From: Trichinella spiralis
Lineage: Eukaryota
DNA length: 64,000 nucleotides
Direction: 5' to 3'
NCBI RefSeq assembly: GCF_000181795.1
Contig: NW_003526948.1
Location: forward strand, 3,078,945 to 3,142,944
The notes beneath the pieces are model-generated. The model saw only the letters and a program-made list of their open reading frames with translations, was not told where the DNA came from and did no database searches. The position numbers were made by a program, and so were the translations under genes. Each line of letters starts with the position of its first letter. The stretch's first letter is position 1. Positions 47,830-60,200 of this stretch are shown piece after piece.

Positions 47830-50800
47830 GGCGCCCAGGGTGAAATTTTATTACAAATGCTATGAAATTAAATAAATGTACAATTGATGTCAAATTACTG
47901 GGCTCATGATTGGTATTTGTACGAATCTTTAGTGGTATGCCCCAGTACGTACAGAGGTTTCGTATTCCATGATTGTCATAAACTGCGGCGTTTTGTAAAA
48001 TAATTTNNNNNNNNNNACAATTATATCAGAAATTCAATTCAATTGATTGTAAAAAACGATAGATAAGAAAAAATCTAATAGATTCGTTATCAAAAATGTT
48101 TCATGTGCAGAAATTAGCAGTCACAGCAGCCGTTGAAAGACAGTTAATGTTGGACAAATTCTCTATGCATTAATATAGGCAGTAGACAAATTTAGACCCC
48201 ATTTATTCGAATACTATTCGGTAGTTTCTAATGGAACTTTGCATAACATTTTCCGTATACATTGTGAATGTCCAGAAATCAATAGAACTCCAAATTTCGA
48301 AAAAATACTTTCGTTGATTTTCACAAAAGCAACCAGTCCCATAGCCCATTAAATTTGTAATTTCCATGAACGAGAAGAAACCCCAAAATGGCCTTTATTG
48401 GCAACATTCGATTGGAAATGATTAGAGAATTGCAGGAAACCTATATCCGGCGTCCGTAGTTGCATAATTCTCGAGAAATCCCAAAACAAGTTGCTCGCTT
48501 AACTGTGCATTGAGATAAGCAATTTGCCACATTTAGAGGCCCATTATCTGCAAGTACTGGACAGATTTCGCCCCAACTTTTCATATCATTATGATTTATC
48601 CATGCGAATTCCTAAAACGTAGAAAAAAAGAGAATTTGAAAAAAAAGCTTTCCCCATTTTTCAAAAAAAAACAAGTCTATAGCCCCTGCAATTTTGCAAT
48701 TTTCAAAAAAAACCTTGTAATCCGAAAATGAATTTATTGGGTATCATTCGATCGGAATAAACGAGAGGAGTACAGTATACGTGTTCCTGCATTACTCTGT
48801 TGCCTATTTCTTGAAATACTGCGAAATAAAGTTGGAAGCTGACCGATGTATTGAGACAGGCAGTATGCCAACTTCAGAGGCCATTTATTCCACAACTACT
48901 GTGCAATGTCCTTTGGAACTTTGCATAACGCTATTAATAATCAATGCGAATAATTATCAATCAGAAAAAGTCAGCCCATGAAATTTCGCAATTTTTGAGA
49001 AAACCCCTTTTCTCGAAAATTATTAACGATTAGAAACGATTTTAGAAGTACGAATAGCTTTTCCGCTCAATTTCGAATTTCTTATTTCTCGAGATATTAC
49101 GCCAAATGTAAGGAATTTTCCTCTATATTAAGATGCTTTTCCTATGTAAGATGATAGGGTGCCATTGCATAAAATGTTTGCTATTAAAAATGCATGGCGA
49201 TGCAATGCAAAGATTTTGATAGGTCCTTTAACAGCTATAATTTGAGAAATTTTATTCACTTTACTGTTATAAAACGATAAATTCGAAGAAGCCTTGTAAA
49301 TTCAAACTTTTTATTAAGTTTTCAAGCTACTGTCTTCACAAATGACGAAGTGATGTAAGAATGATTATTAATTAAAAATATGAATATGTTAAATAATTGA
49401 AAATATTGCAAATTCTGCATGAAGCCTTTACTGAATGAGAAACATGTACCATTTAATAAAAATCACGCATCTTCGTTCAGTTTGATGAATGTTTCAGATT
49501 CGCAACATTCTTATGTATTAACTTCAGCAGTGTTCCAACTTTAAGGGTATTTTTTGCAAGCGCACTTGTGTGTTTTCGCTAAAACTCTCTACTGCAGTGC
49601 AATTTGTCGATATGTATCTAAAATGTGAAATAAATGTTTTGATCCACCAAATCAACAAAAGCCCATTAGCCCCCTGAAATTTAGAATATTTGGAAAAACT
49701 TTTTCCAAAATAATTGANNNNNNNNNNAAGTCGAAATAAATAGGAATAAAATAAAAGTATAATAAATGTGAACAATGAATGATGTCATGAGTTTTACAAC
49801 AAAACTATTAATGTTTTTCTCCAAAAAAATTAATTGACCTTAATAAGAATTGCTCCTGATTTTCATTAAGCAACAGGAACTTTCAAAATTAAAAACCTTC
49901 GTTCACTGAATTTTTTTGACTTATTACAATTCATAGATAAGAATTATCCAAAATTATCACATTAGAAAGCTATTTACGGGCAATATGCCAGTATTTTCAT
50001 TCTATAAATTTCAAATCCTCAAACCGGTAAATTTATCGAATTTCTCAAAAAATCATCTATTTCGCGTTACTGAAAATTTACATACCTATAAATGACACAT
50101 AATTGCTTGCAATATTTATAAAAGTATTTTACAATATGCCGTAGTTTCTGAGAAGCATGGAATAAGTATCACAGTACAAACTGTTGGATGTCTCTAAGGA
50201 TTCGAACAAATGCCATGCATTAGATCAATAGTTTGACATGAATTGTGAATTTATTTAATTACATTGCATTTTCAATGAATTTTCACCCTGGGGAACTGCA
50301 TATTGTACTGATTATGCAAATCACCATTACATCATTGCTACTTAGCGAAAGTGAATTTAAATAGCCACACATTTGGTATCAATGAGAAGTTTAGTAAATG
50401 AAAAAGATGGTAATGGGCACCGCATTCCATGAAATGTTTACTTTTCATCAAAGCAAACACTTCCATCGCTTTCGTTTTGATTCGTAGCAATTAATGATTA
50501 TTTAACAGTAATAATTTCAAAAATTCAATTCAATTGATCGTAAAAAACGATAGATTAGTAGAAATCTAATAGATTCGATATCAAAAATGCCTTTATGCGC
50601 AGAAATTGGCAGTCATTTCTGCCGTTGAAAGAGAATTACCGATGGGCAAGTTCCCTATGTATTAAGATAGGCTATAGACAAATTTAGAGGCCATTTATTC
50701 CACAACTACTTGGTAGTTTGGATTGAAACTTTGGAAAACACTTTATTTTATCAATATTAAACTACAACAATAAAAAAAGATTCCAAAATTTGAAAACAAC

Positions 50801-53800
50801 TTTTTCGCCGATTTTTGCAACACAACCAAGTCTACAGCTCGTGAAATTTACAATTTTTCGAGAAAAATTTTTTTTCTCAAAANNNNNNNNNNGACGAGTT
50901 TTATTCGTTCACTTTGCATGTCTGATTCTTATATAAATTGCACCTACACACTAAAAACCTCTTCTCTACCTTCCCCTCTTTGAACATCCATTTCAGTTGC
51001 CAACTCCATCGCCTACACGCCATCCCTACTATCTCCTCCCTCCTAGCCTCAGTCAGTCGATTTTTTATAAAATTGCTGCGGGAAATGGTGCTCTTAGCAG
51101 CTTTTCTTTGATTTCCTGATTCTTGCATAACTGACACTTTCATAAAAATCTGAATGTGCTTGAAATGCTACGATCAGTAGTATGTACTGAGGTTGAGGAT
51201 GACGCAAGACAGAATGTCTTGTTTTATGAAATCCTGTGCGGTCGAACCACACTTTACCAGCAGAAAATTAATTATGAAGTAGAAATGAAACTTGAAGTGC
51301 ATATATATATAGTTTTGTAAAAACAAATTATATTCCTTCATTTAATGTAACACATACAGAGGCGTTTAATTTATAAAGATGGGCGGATGTAGTATACAAA
51401 AGATTTATCATGTACATGTATTATTATACATGACAGTCTGACGAAGAATAAAATAGTACCGTTTTTTCATTAAAAATAATTGGTATCTCAATCATGCGAT
51501 AGAATAGCTTTTAAAGTAATAATTTTAATTGTATTTCGAAAGAACGGCAAGTTTTGATTCCGTTTGAAAAAAAAACTTTTCTATTACCAGATCAATATCA
51601 ATGGAAAAGTCAGAGTGAATGTACACGTTACGGCAAATCCGTTTAGTCGTTCTTCTGTCATGGTAGTCCAGAAATAGCTTTTAAGATATTTCACTGCAGT
51701 AAAGCTTCATTTTGCGCTGGCTGAGGCGATTAGGTGAGTTGTGAAAATCTGCACGAGTTAGGACACGATCGGGTAATAATCGTTGTTGTTGAATTTTAAT
51801 GCATAAACAAATCAAATGCCCAAAGTGCTATGTTCGCTGAAAATCGCGTATGCTAGATGCCTTTCGAGGAAGTTACAGATTGCCAACTTTACTACATATT
51901 AAGATAAGCAGAATGCGCTAACTTTAGAGGCAATTTATAGCGAAATTATTGGGCAGAGTACGTTGAAACTATCCATAAAGATGTCATTCATTACTGCCAA
52001 CATCTACCAATCACAAAAAGTTGAAATTTGTATAAAATATTTTTGGCTATTTATCGAAAACAGTGAAGGCTGAGAAATACGATATAAGTGGGAAGGAAAA
52101 GACCAGAAACGAAACGCAGACAGTAAATAAGTATGCAAGAAAAATGATTTTGTGCAGATTTATCGCAAATGTTTAAATAATCGAGCAAACAGAAGTATCT
52201 TCTTCAAATAAAATTTGCTACTGACTTTTCTTTATTGCTTACAGCATCCTGAAATTTACTACCCAGTTTCTGGAGAAATTCTCCAAAACACTATCTTTTA
52301 TTAATATAAGAGTATAACAAACAAAAAAGCACAAATTTTGAAAAAAACTTTTTCGCTCATTTTTGGTAAAACAACCAAGTCTATACTCCATGAAATTTTG
52401 CAATTTTCGAGATATCCAGAAAAAAGTGGGAAGCATACCCATGTATTAAGAGAAGCAGTATTCCAAATTCAGAGGCCATTTATTCCACAACAACTGCGTA
52501 GAGTGGATTGAAGCTCTAGAAAACACTTTATTTTATCAATATGAAACTAAAAACATCAAAAAAAATTCCAAATTTCGAAAACAAAATTTTCGCCGATTTT
52601 CGCAAAAACAATCAAGTCTATAGTCCATGAAATTTTGCAATTTTCGAGAAAAATTTTTTTCTCCAAAAATTAATGCAATTAATTTATATCGGTAGAGAAT
52701 TATTCGCTAACTATTATAAAATTATACCGACAGCTCGGAATTGGATATTTGTTTAGATATATCAAAAAAAGTAAATCTGAAATAAGATTTTAACGAAGTC
52801 GAAATAAAAAGGAATAAAAATTAAAAGTATAATAAATGTGAACAATGAATGATGTCATTAATTTTTACAACAAAACTATCAATGTTTTTCTCTAAAAAAA
52901 TGAATTGACCTTAATAAGAATTGCTCCTGATTTTCATTAAAGCAACAGAAACTTTCAAAATTAAGAACCTTCGTTCACTGAATGTTTTTGACTTATTACA
53001 ATTCAGAGATGAGAATTATCCAAAATTATCACATTAGAAAGCTATTTACAAACAATATGCCAGTATTTTCATTCTATAAATTTCAAATGCTAAAGCCGGC
53101 AAATTTATCAAATTTCTCAAAAATCATCCATTTCAGGTTATTAAAAATTTACATACCTTTAATTTGCACAGAATTGGTTGTTGCAATCACAAAATTATTT
53201 TACAATACGTCGCAGTTTTTGACAAGCGTGGAATAAGTTCTATTGTACATACAGTTGGATACCTCTAGAGCAGTGGTTCTCAAACTTTTCTGGACTGCGA
53301 CCCAGTTTCGAAAACGGAAATTTTTCGCGTCCCACCTGCTTGCAATGCATATTTTAAAAGACAAGAGGGGTTAAATTAAAAAAATATTAGTTTAATACTT
53401 GAAATTTTTTAATGAACAAGCCTAATTAAAATTTATAAGTTTATTTGTCAAATGCATAATGAGGTGTATGCGAACAGTGGGCTTGTTTTCTGTTTTGAGT
53501 GATCACTTCTTCGACGTCCGCACTAAAACGTTCTGGTTGTAGTCGCAAGATGTTGGATAATTGCAGCTTACTTCGAAATTTGCTTTTAATTTTATTCATT
53601 GCTGAAAATCCAATTTCGCACAAGTAGAAAGTAGTAAAAGGATGCAGCACTTTTAATGCAGCGGTGGAAGGAGTTGGATACGTGTTTAAAACTGATAGCC
53701 AAAACTGTGTCAATGTTTTACGATCAAACCTGACTTTAAACGAAGAATCTTCAGACAAATTGATTAATTCTTCATCTCCTTTTGTGGATATGCCGGTACA

Positions 53801-55243
53801 GACAACATCTGCGTGCTGTGAGAAGCTGGACAGAAATAATGATTCTCAAATCATTGTTACTTACAACTTACTTCTTTACCCAACAATATTCGATGAGTAA
53901 AACTCTCTTAACAAAAATAGAGACTACTCCTATACTTTAAAATTTTACGCGACCCACCCAATAACTGCTCACGACCAACTGGACCAACAACATACCGCGA
54001 CCCACACTTTAAGAACCACTGCTCTAGAGATTCGAACAAATGCCCTGCATGAGCCCAATAATTTGACATCAGTTGCGAAGTTATATAATTTCATAGCATT
54101 TGTAATGAATTTTCACCCCGGGCGACAACATTAAAGTTATTATGCAAATCTCCACTGCATCGTTATTACTTAGCGAAAGTAAATTCAAATGGCCACATGT
54201 GGTATCAATCATGAGCTTAAACAATGAAAAAGATGGTAACCGTAAATGGATTCCATGAAATGTTTGCTTTTTAGCAAAGTAAACACTTACAACGCTTGCG
54301 TTTTGATTCGCATCAAATAATGATTATTTAACAGCAATAATATCAAAAATTCAATTCAATTGATTGTAAAAAACGATAGATTAGTAGAAATCTAATAGAT
54401 TCGTTTTCAAAAATGTTTCATGTGCATAAATTAGCAGTAATCGCAGCCGTTGGAAGACAGTTAATGTTGGACAAATTTCCTATGTATTAATATAGGCAAT
54501 AGACAAATTTAGACCCCATTTATTCGAATACTATTCTGTAGTTTCTAATGGAACTTTGCATAACAATATTGGTAATCATTATGAATGTCCAGAATTAAAA
54601 TAAACAGGAAATTTTTAAAAAAGAACTTTCTCTGATTTTCGCGAGAACAACCATAATATATACATATTCCATGAAATTTTGCAATTTTTGAGAAATCCAG
54701 AAAAAAGTGGGAAGCATACCCATGTATTAAGAAAAGCAGTATTCCAAATTCAGAGGCCATTTATTCCTCAACAACTGTGTAAAGTAGATTGAAGCTCTAG
54801 AAAACACTTTACTTTATCAATATGAAACTAAAAACATCAAAAAAAATTCCAAATTTCGAAAACAAAATTTTCGCCGATTTTCGCAAAAACAATCAAGTCT
54901 ATAGTCCATGAAATTTTGCAATTTTTGAGAAAAATTTTTTTTTCCAGAAATTAATTCAATTGATTTATATCGGTAGAAAATTATTCGCTAACTATTATAA
55001 AATTATACCGACAGCTCCGGATTGAACGTTTGTTAAGATATATAAAAAAAGTAAAACCGATATAAGATTTTAACGAAGTCGAAATAAATAGGAATAAAAA
55101 TTAAAAGTATAATAAATGTGAACAATGAATGGTGTCATTAATTTTTACAACAAAACTATCAATGTTTTTCTTCAAAAATGAATTGACCCTTATAAAGGAT
55201 TGCTTCCTGATTTTCTATTAAGCACACGGAACTTTCCAAATAA
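47830..55243. repeat. Complex AT-rich repeat array with a ~1.5-kb unit built partly from shorter subrepeats; includes an inverted fragment and three scaffold gaps, and ends at a fourth
   Basis: Anchor aagtcgaaataaa at 49728, 52796, 55076. The last two are 2280 bp apart, or 1521 bp after removing the transposon and one TSD. Subrepeat caaatttagaggccatttatt recurs at ~48187, 48530, 48871, 50678, 51920, 52463, 54505, 54745. Segment 47830-48006 is an inverted copy. Confidence 0.9.
53271..54021 (-). mobile_element. Non-autonomous hAT (Buster/Charlie-type) DNA transposon, 751-bp deletion derivative
   Basis: TIRs CAGTGGTTCTCAAA / tttaagaaccactg; 8-bp TSD CTCTAGAG at 53263-53270 and 54022-54029; internal ORF 53441-53758 encodes the hAT C-terminal dimerisation region FWLSVLNTYP..ALKVLHPFTTFYLCEIGFSAM..IKSKFRSKL. 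Confidence 0.95.
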
Positions 55244-55303
55244 NNNNNNNNNNGATTCAATAGTTTTGTTCATTTTTAGCAATATGCTAAATGCGCAATC
55301 TCG

Positions 55304-56867
55304 ATGAGCGATCGTCAGTCGAATGTGTGCAGAAATGCAGACATCGTCGCTCTCAAACTCGCAGTAGACCTGAAAACGAAAAGTGACGCTACATCTCACT
55401 CCACCAGAACTAGAAAAGGGTCTGCTTTACAACTTATCTTATGTTACAACTGAGTTTTTATATAAATTTCTTTATTAATTTTTCACACTTACTTCTCATA
55501 ACCAGGATGTAAATTTTTCAAAGCATTTTTCCCATTCGTGATGATTTAAACTTGCTTTTAGTCATTCTAGTACTAGCAAAGTGTCGACTGCAACCTGAAC
55601 TCCCGTTTTACTAAAGAATGGATATCGTTATTACTTGGACCGAGAGCCCTGAATCCATTTGCCCCCGATTAAAGTATGTCTGAAAGTGTGCTTTTTCGTT
55701 TTACTTAAACCTTTATGATTTTTGGAGAACTGTTGTCTGTCCCCAAAAGAGTTGGCAGGCAAGCCAATTCCAAGTCATCTGAACCGATTCATACGGCAAA
55801 CAGTAGTAAAGTTATCGTCGATTGACAGAGGTTGTTTTGTCAATCGTTTTCTCTTTTCAAAATTCGCATGTTTCTATTTTAATACAGCTCCTCAGATTAA
55901 GTTGTCAGCTGATGGAATGGTCGCTACTGGTGAACGCGGCTATTCTGTTATTCGAGGTACGCATGGTGTTTCTCGAGGAACTTGGTTTTACGAAGTTCGT
56001 GTTGTAAATCAGCCAAAGGATTCACACGCACGTATTGGTTGGTCGCAGCCTTTCGGTAGATGAATAAATTTTATTTCTTTGTTTGTAACTTGTTCTTTTT
56101 TTTGTTTTGTTTCCAGGGTTGCTTCAAGCACCTGTTGGCTATGACAAATTTTCTTACTGTGTGCGAAGCCGGCACGGTACTCGCTTTCACGACAGCAGAG
56201 GTTATCATTATCAAGAACCATATGGTCAAGGAGATACACTGGGTTTGCTTATTCATCTTCCTGAAACCCATCCTTGTGCTCATTATTTGCCATCGACCGG
56301 AAAACATCCTGTATGAATGAATAATGTTTCTGCTGGAATTTCTTTGCAACTATTTATGTAAAATTTAAATACATTATTCTTCTTTATTCCTTTTTTTCTA
56401 TTAGCCATTGGTGCGATTTAAAAGTAGCCATTATTTTGAAGAGAGAGATGATCTGAAAGGAGCTCAGGCGGCTTTAACACCTTTAGTTGGCAGCAAAGTA
56501 ATATACAACTGAGTTGATGTCTTTTTGATCTATAAATTTTTAAATCAGGTTATTTTCAGCTGATTTTTTACAAGAATGGAATTTGTCAAGGTGAAGCATT
56601 TACGGATATCTACGAGGGAACGTATTATCCAGCGATTTCTTTATACAAAGATTTTACAGTAGAAGCGAATTTTGGTCCGAATTTCGCTTTTCCACCTACA
56701 GGAGTCGAGTACAGACCAGTAAGGGAAACAGTTTGGTTTTAAATTTTTATAAAATATTACAATATATATATATATATACATATTTTTTTTAACTGTAGAT
56801 GTGCGAAAGAGCGGAGATGTTGATCGTGGAGCAGTGCCTCGCTGATATGCTTTACTTTATCAAATGA
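55304..56867 (+). CDS. ASH2L: Set1/COMPASS subunit ASH2 (SPRY domain and DPY30-binding helix); 5' part uncertain and frameshifted in this sequence
   Basis: [110 protein letters not shown] at 56865-56867. Confidence 0.9.
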
Positions 56868-57201
56868 GAAAGAAAACACCTTAATATTTAAAGTTTGCAT
56901 TATTCCATTATAACACTGTATGACTGACTATTGGTCGTCTTCTTTACGCTTTTGCTGAAAATTGCGCAAGAAAAACGACTGCAGTCTATCATTATTCGCT
57001 TTTTATAGATTAGGCATTTTTAATGGAGGCGAAAGTGATTTAACATGTGTTTGTTTCGCATAAGTCAATTATTAAAACTTATGAAAAGGTTATAATTTGT
57101 GGTTTTATACATTAAATTGTCGCTTTAAGCATACTGCATTATAATAATGGCAAACTTTACTTTTAACAACGGCGAGTTCGATTAATTGCTGTTGTAAATG
57201 A

Positions 57202-60200
57202 TCATGCATTTTCATTTCGATTTTCCAACTTCGAACAAGAATTCAAAACGTTCACATTCGATGGATAACACTTTTCATACATTTTAAATCTAAATTCAAA
57301 AACAAAAATTATTTACAGTATATTTATTGAAAATTAGGTTATGTATTGCTTTTAATTTTTAAATTCTTACGTAGTTCCATCTTCAGAGCAGATGGTCAGC
57401 TTGGATTCTTCGTCATCGCTGTCTCTGTCCGGCGACAAGTACAACAAAACAAGTTCCAAAGTGCCTTTCTTTAATCAAATAATTCAACAGTTATCGACAA
57501 ATATAAAAAATGTAAGAAAAAACTATGTTTTCATAATGTGAAAATAAAAAGTTTAATATATAATACACTTGTTGCTTTTGCTCTAATTTTCAGTGATAAA
57601 TAGATTTTGGATTTTTTATTTTTTGGTAACACAATAAGAAAACAATTACCTGTTCGGATAAAATTTTAACAGCTTCAGCATGTTTAGCTTTGATTAGATC
57701 AATTCCGTTGACAGAAAGAATAGCGTCGCCAACTTTAAGCAGTCCAACTCGATCGGCAACTTGATTTTCATGAATATCGGATATTAAAATTGGAACTCCA
57801 TGCTCACGGCCTCCCTGTATTTGAAACTCGCATTTCATTACTGTTAGTTAACCTTTTTTCAACCCAATGTATTTTACGTTTATCGACATACCGTTATTGA
57901 CAGTCCCAAGCCTTCATCTGCGTTACGCTTCAAAAGCACGGTGCGTAATTTTCCAGAACGATTTGATGTTCTATCAGTTTCATTTTTATTCACCTGAAAT
58001 AATAAATAATAATAATAATTCCAATGGTAAATTTGATACTGTTCAACAATGTTCAACTGATTCCAAAACGCACAATCAGAAAATAATAAATAATATTAAA
58101 GATTTGAAGAAAACTATTAGTTTTGAAAATCCAATGAATCTGACTGGTAATTTTTTTGACATACCTTGCTTGCAGCATGACTGAGTGCATTAAAATTTTG
58201 ACGTCCTTGGCAAGCTCGAATGACAGTTTTATGACGATGTAAATGAATTTCTGCTTCAATTTGTTCCCAAAGACGATCATGTTCCGAACCGAGAAGTTCA
58301 TGACTCATCAATTGAATTTGTTGTATCCTTAAAATAATAATAAATAATAATATTATTATCATTGATTTCATTATAATCCCAGTAAAATACAGTTCAGTAC
58401 ATAAAGTACAATATTATATTGCATTTATTATTCGATTTATTGATGTCGTTGTTGCTGCTATTGATGCTTACCTGCCAGCTAATTCTTTGTCTAAATATTT
58501 AGCAGCCAATCTGGCACCATAAACCTCATTTTGCAATGCTGAAATATATTTGCGCAAATTTTCATTTTCATTTTTCAAACTCATCACAGTCGCTGCCAAC
58601 CGAGCTGGAGTAGAAATTTCACGTCTCAGAGAATCGATTTCTTCATCCTGAAACTGTTCTACATCAAGCTCTGTCACTGTTATTTTGTTGTTTAATAAAT
58701 CCAAAACACTATACACAACCGATTATGAACGCAATGGATGAAAAGTTTAAATATGTGATTTTTTTAATTTGATTAATAATTTTTTGATGTTATTTTGTAA
58801 AAAAAAATGATTTTTAAAAAGAAAAATGAATTATAAATATGCTCACTAATTTTTTCTTGATTATATCAGTTTCTTGGGTGCCATTTTTGGATAGCTGTTG
58901 GCATTGGAGGACGTGGAATTGCATTGTCATCCAGCGTAATTCATTTTCCATTGTTCTCTTCGATGCTTCCGCTTCGATCAAATCTTGCTTGACTGTATTC
59001 AACTCCACCTAAAATAAAATGGAATAAATAAAAGAACAATAAATAATACGGTTTGAATTGCACAACAATGCTCTGATTTTTTATTAAATAATTTTTTTCA
59101 TTTCAACCAACACAAACACACACACACACACAATTAATGAAATGAACCAAGAATAATTAATCAAGTGCTGATTGACATTCTGAAAATTATTTCAAAAAAA
59201 TTTTTTTTGGAAAAATATATCTAAAAAATATCTAAAAATTGAAAAAAATATAATAATAAATTGATAAATTTTTCAATTTAATCTGCTACTTGTATGAATG
59301 AAAGATATCCACAAAATTCAACTACAAATCCGAGCCCAAGTGATGACAATGCTGCCTGTGTTGCTGAAACTGAATGAACATTTTGTTCATCGTCAAATCA
59401 AATTATGCAAATTGGAAGTCGCCTTATCAACTAGAAAGCAATTAGCTGGCTGTGGAACGAACGCTGCCAAACACTTGCTTGCCGTGTCGTGAAAAGATCA
59501 AATGAAAGCAACTGAAAACTGATTAAATCCAATTAATTAACTGACCCTTCTTTTCTCTTACTTGATAAAATATTATTTATCATTATTTGGTATTATATGT
59601 TTAAATCACAAAAAAGACAATTCTAGAAAACAGTAGACAAGGTTGTTGATATTTGAATGAAAAATATGAAAGAAAAAATTTCAAAGTTCAAAAAACATAT
59701 TTTCGATAAACAAATAATCAATTTTCATTACAATTCCTTTATGAAATTAAAGTAAACAATTTTTTGTAAACATTCAGAAATCACTTTATTGGCATAAAAT
59801 TAGAATAACTCTGGTAACGACAATGGCCGCCAACGAATTGCCATAAATTGCTGAATCACTATTGCCGTCTATTACAAGGCTCCCAATAGATGAGACTAAT
59901 GTGATCTGCAATTTCTATGCCTTCTGAGATAAATCGGCACTGCGTTAAATACTGACGAAAAATAAGCCATGAAGCAGTTAATATTGCCCGACTAATCAAT
60001 GTTTGGTGCAATTGATGAACCTCCAATGATTTCGACATATGCTAAAAACCGTCTGAGGCTTAAACTCATATTCGAACAATTATCTCTGAAAGGAAAAGAA
60101 AAATAGAAACCATTCAACATGGGATCATTTCTACTTTCATTCAAACAATTAATAATAAAATTCTGGACGATCTGAAAAACTAAACGATAGTTGAAAATTC

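Noticed and set aside
50901..51860. Non-repeat insert with an 80-aa ORF inside the repeat array
   Set aside because: Adjacent to a gap; no TIR, LTR, TSD or protein motif identified.
48187..54770. Recurring ~30-bp motif as a possible CRISPR array
   Set aside because: Eukaryotic context; the intervening sequences are long and homologous to each other, and no cas genes are present.
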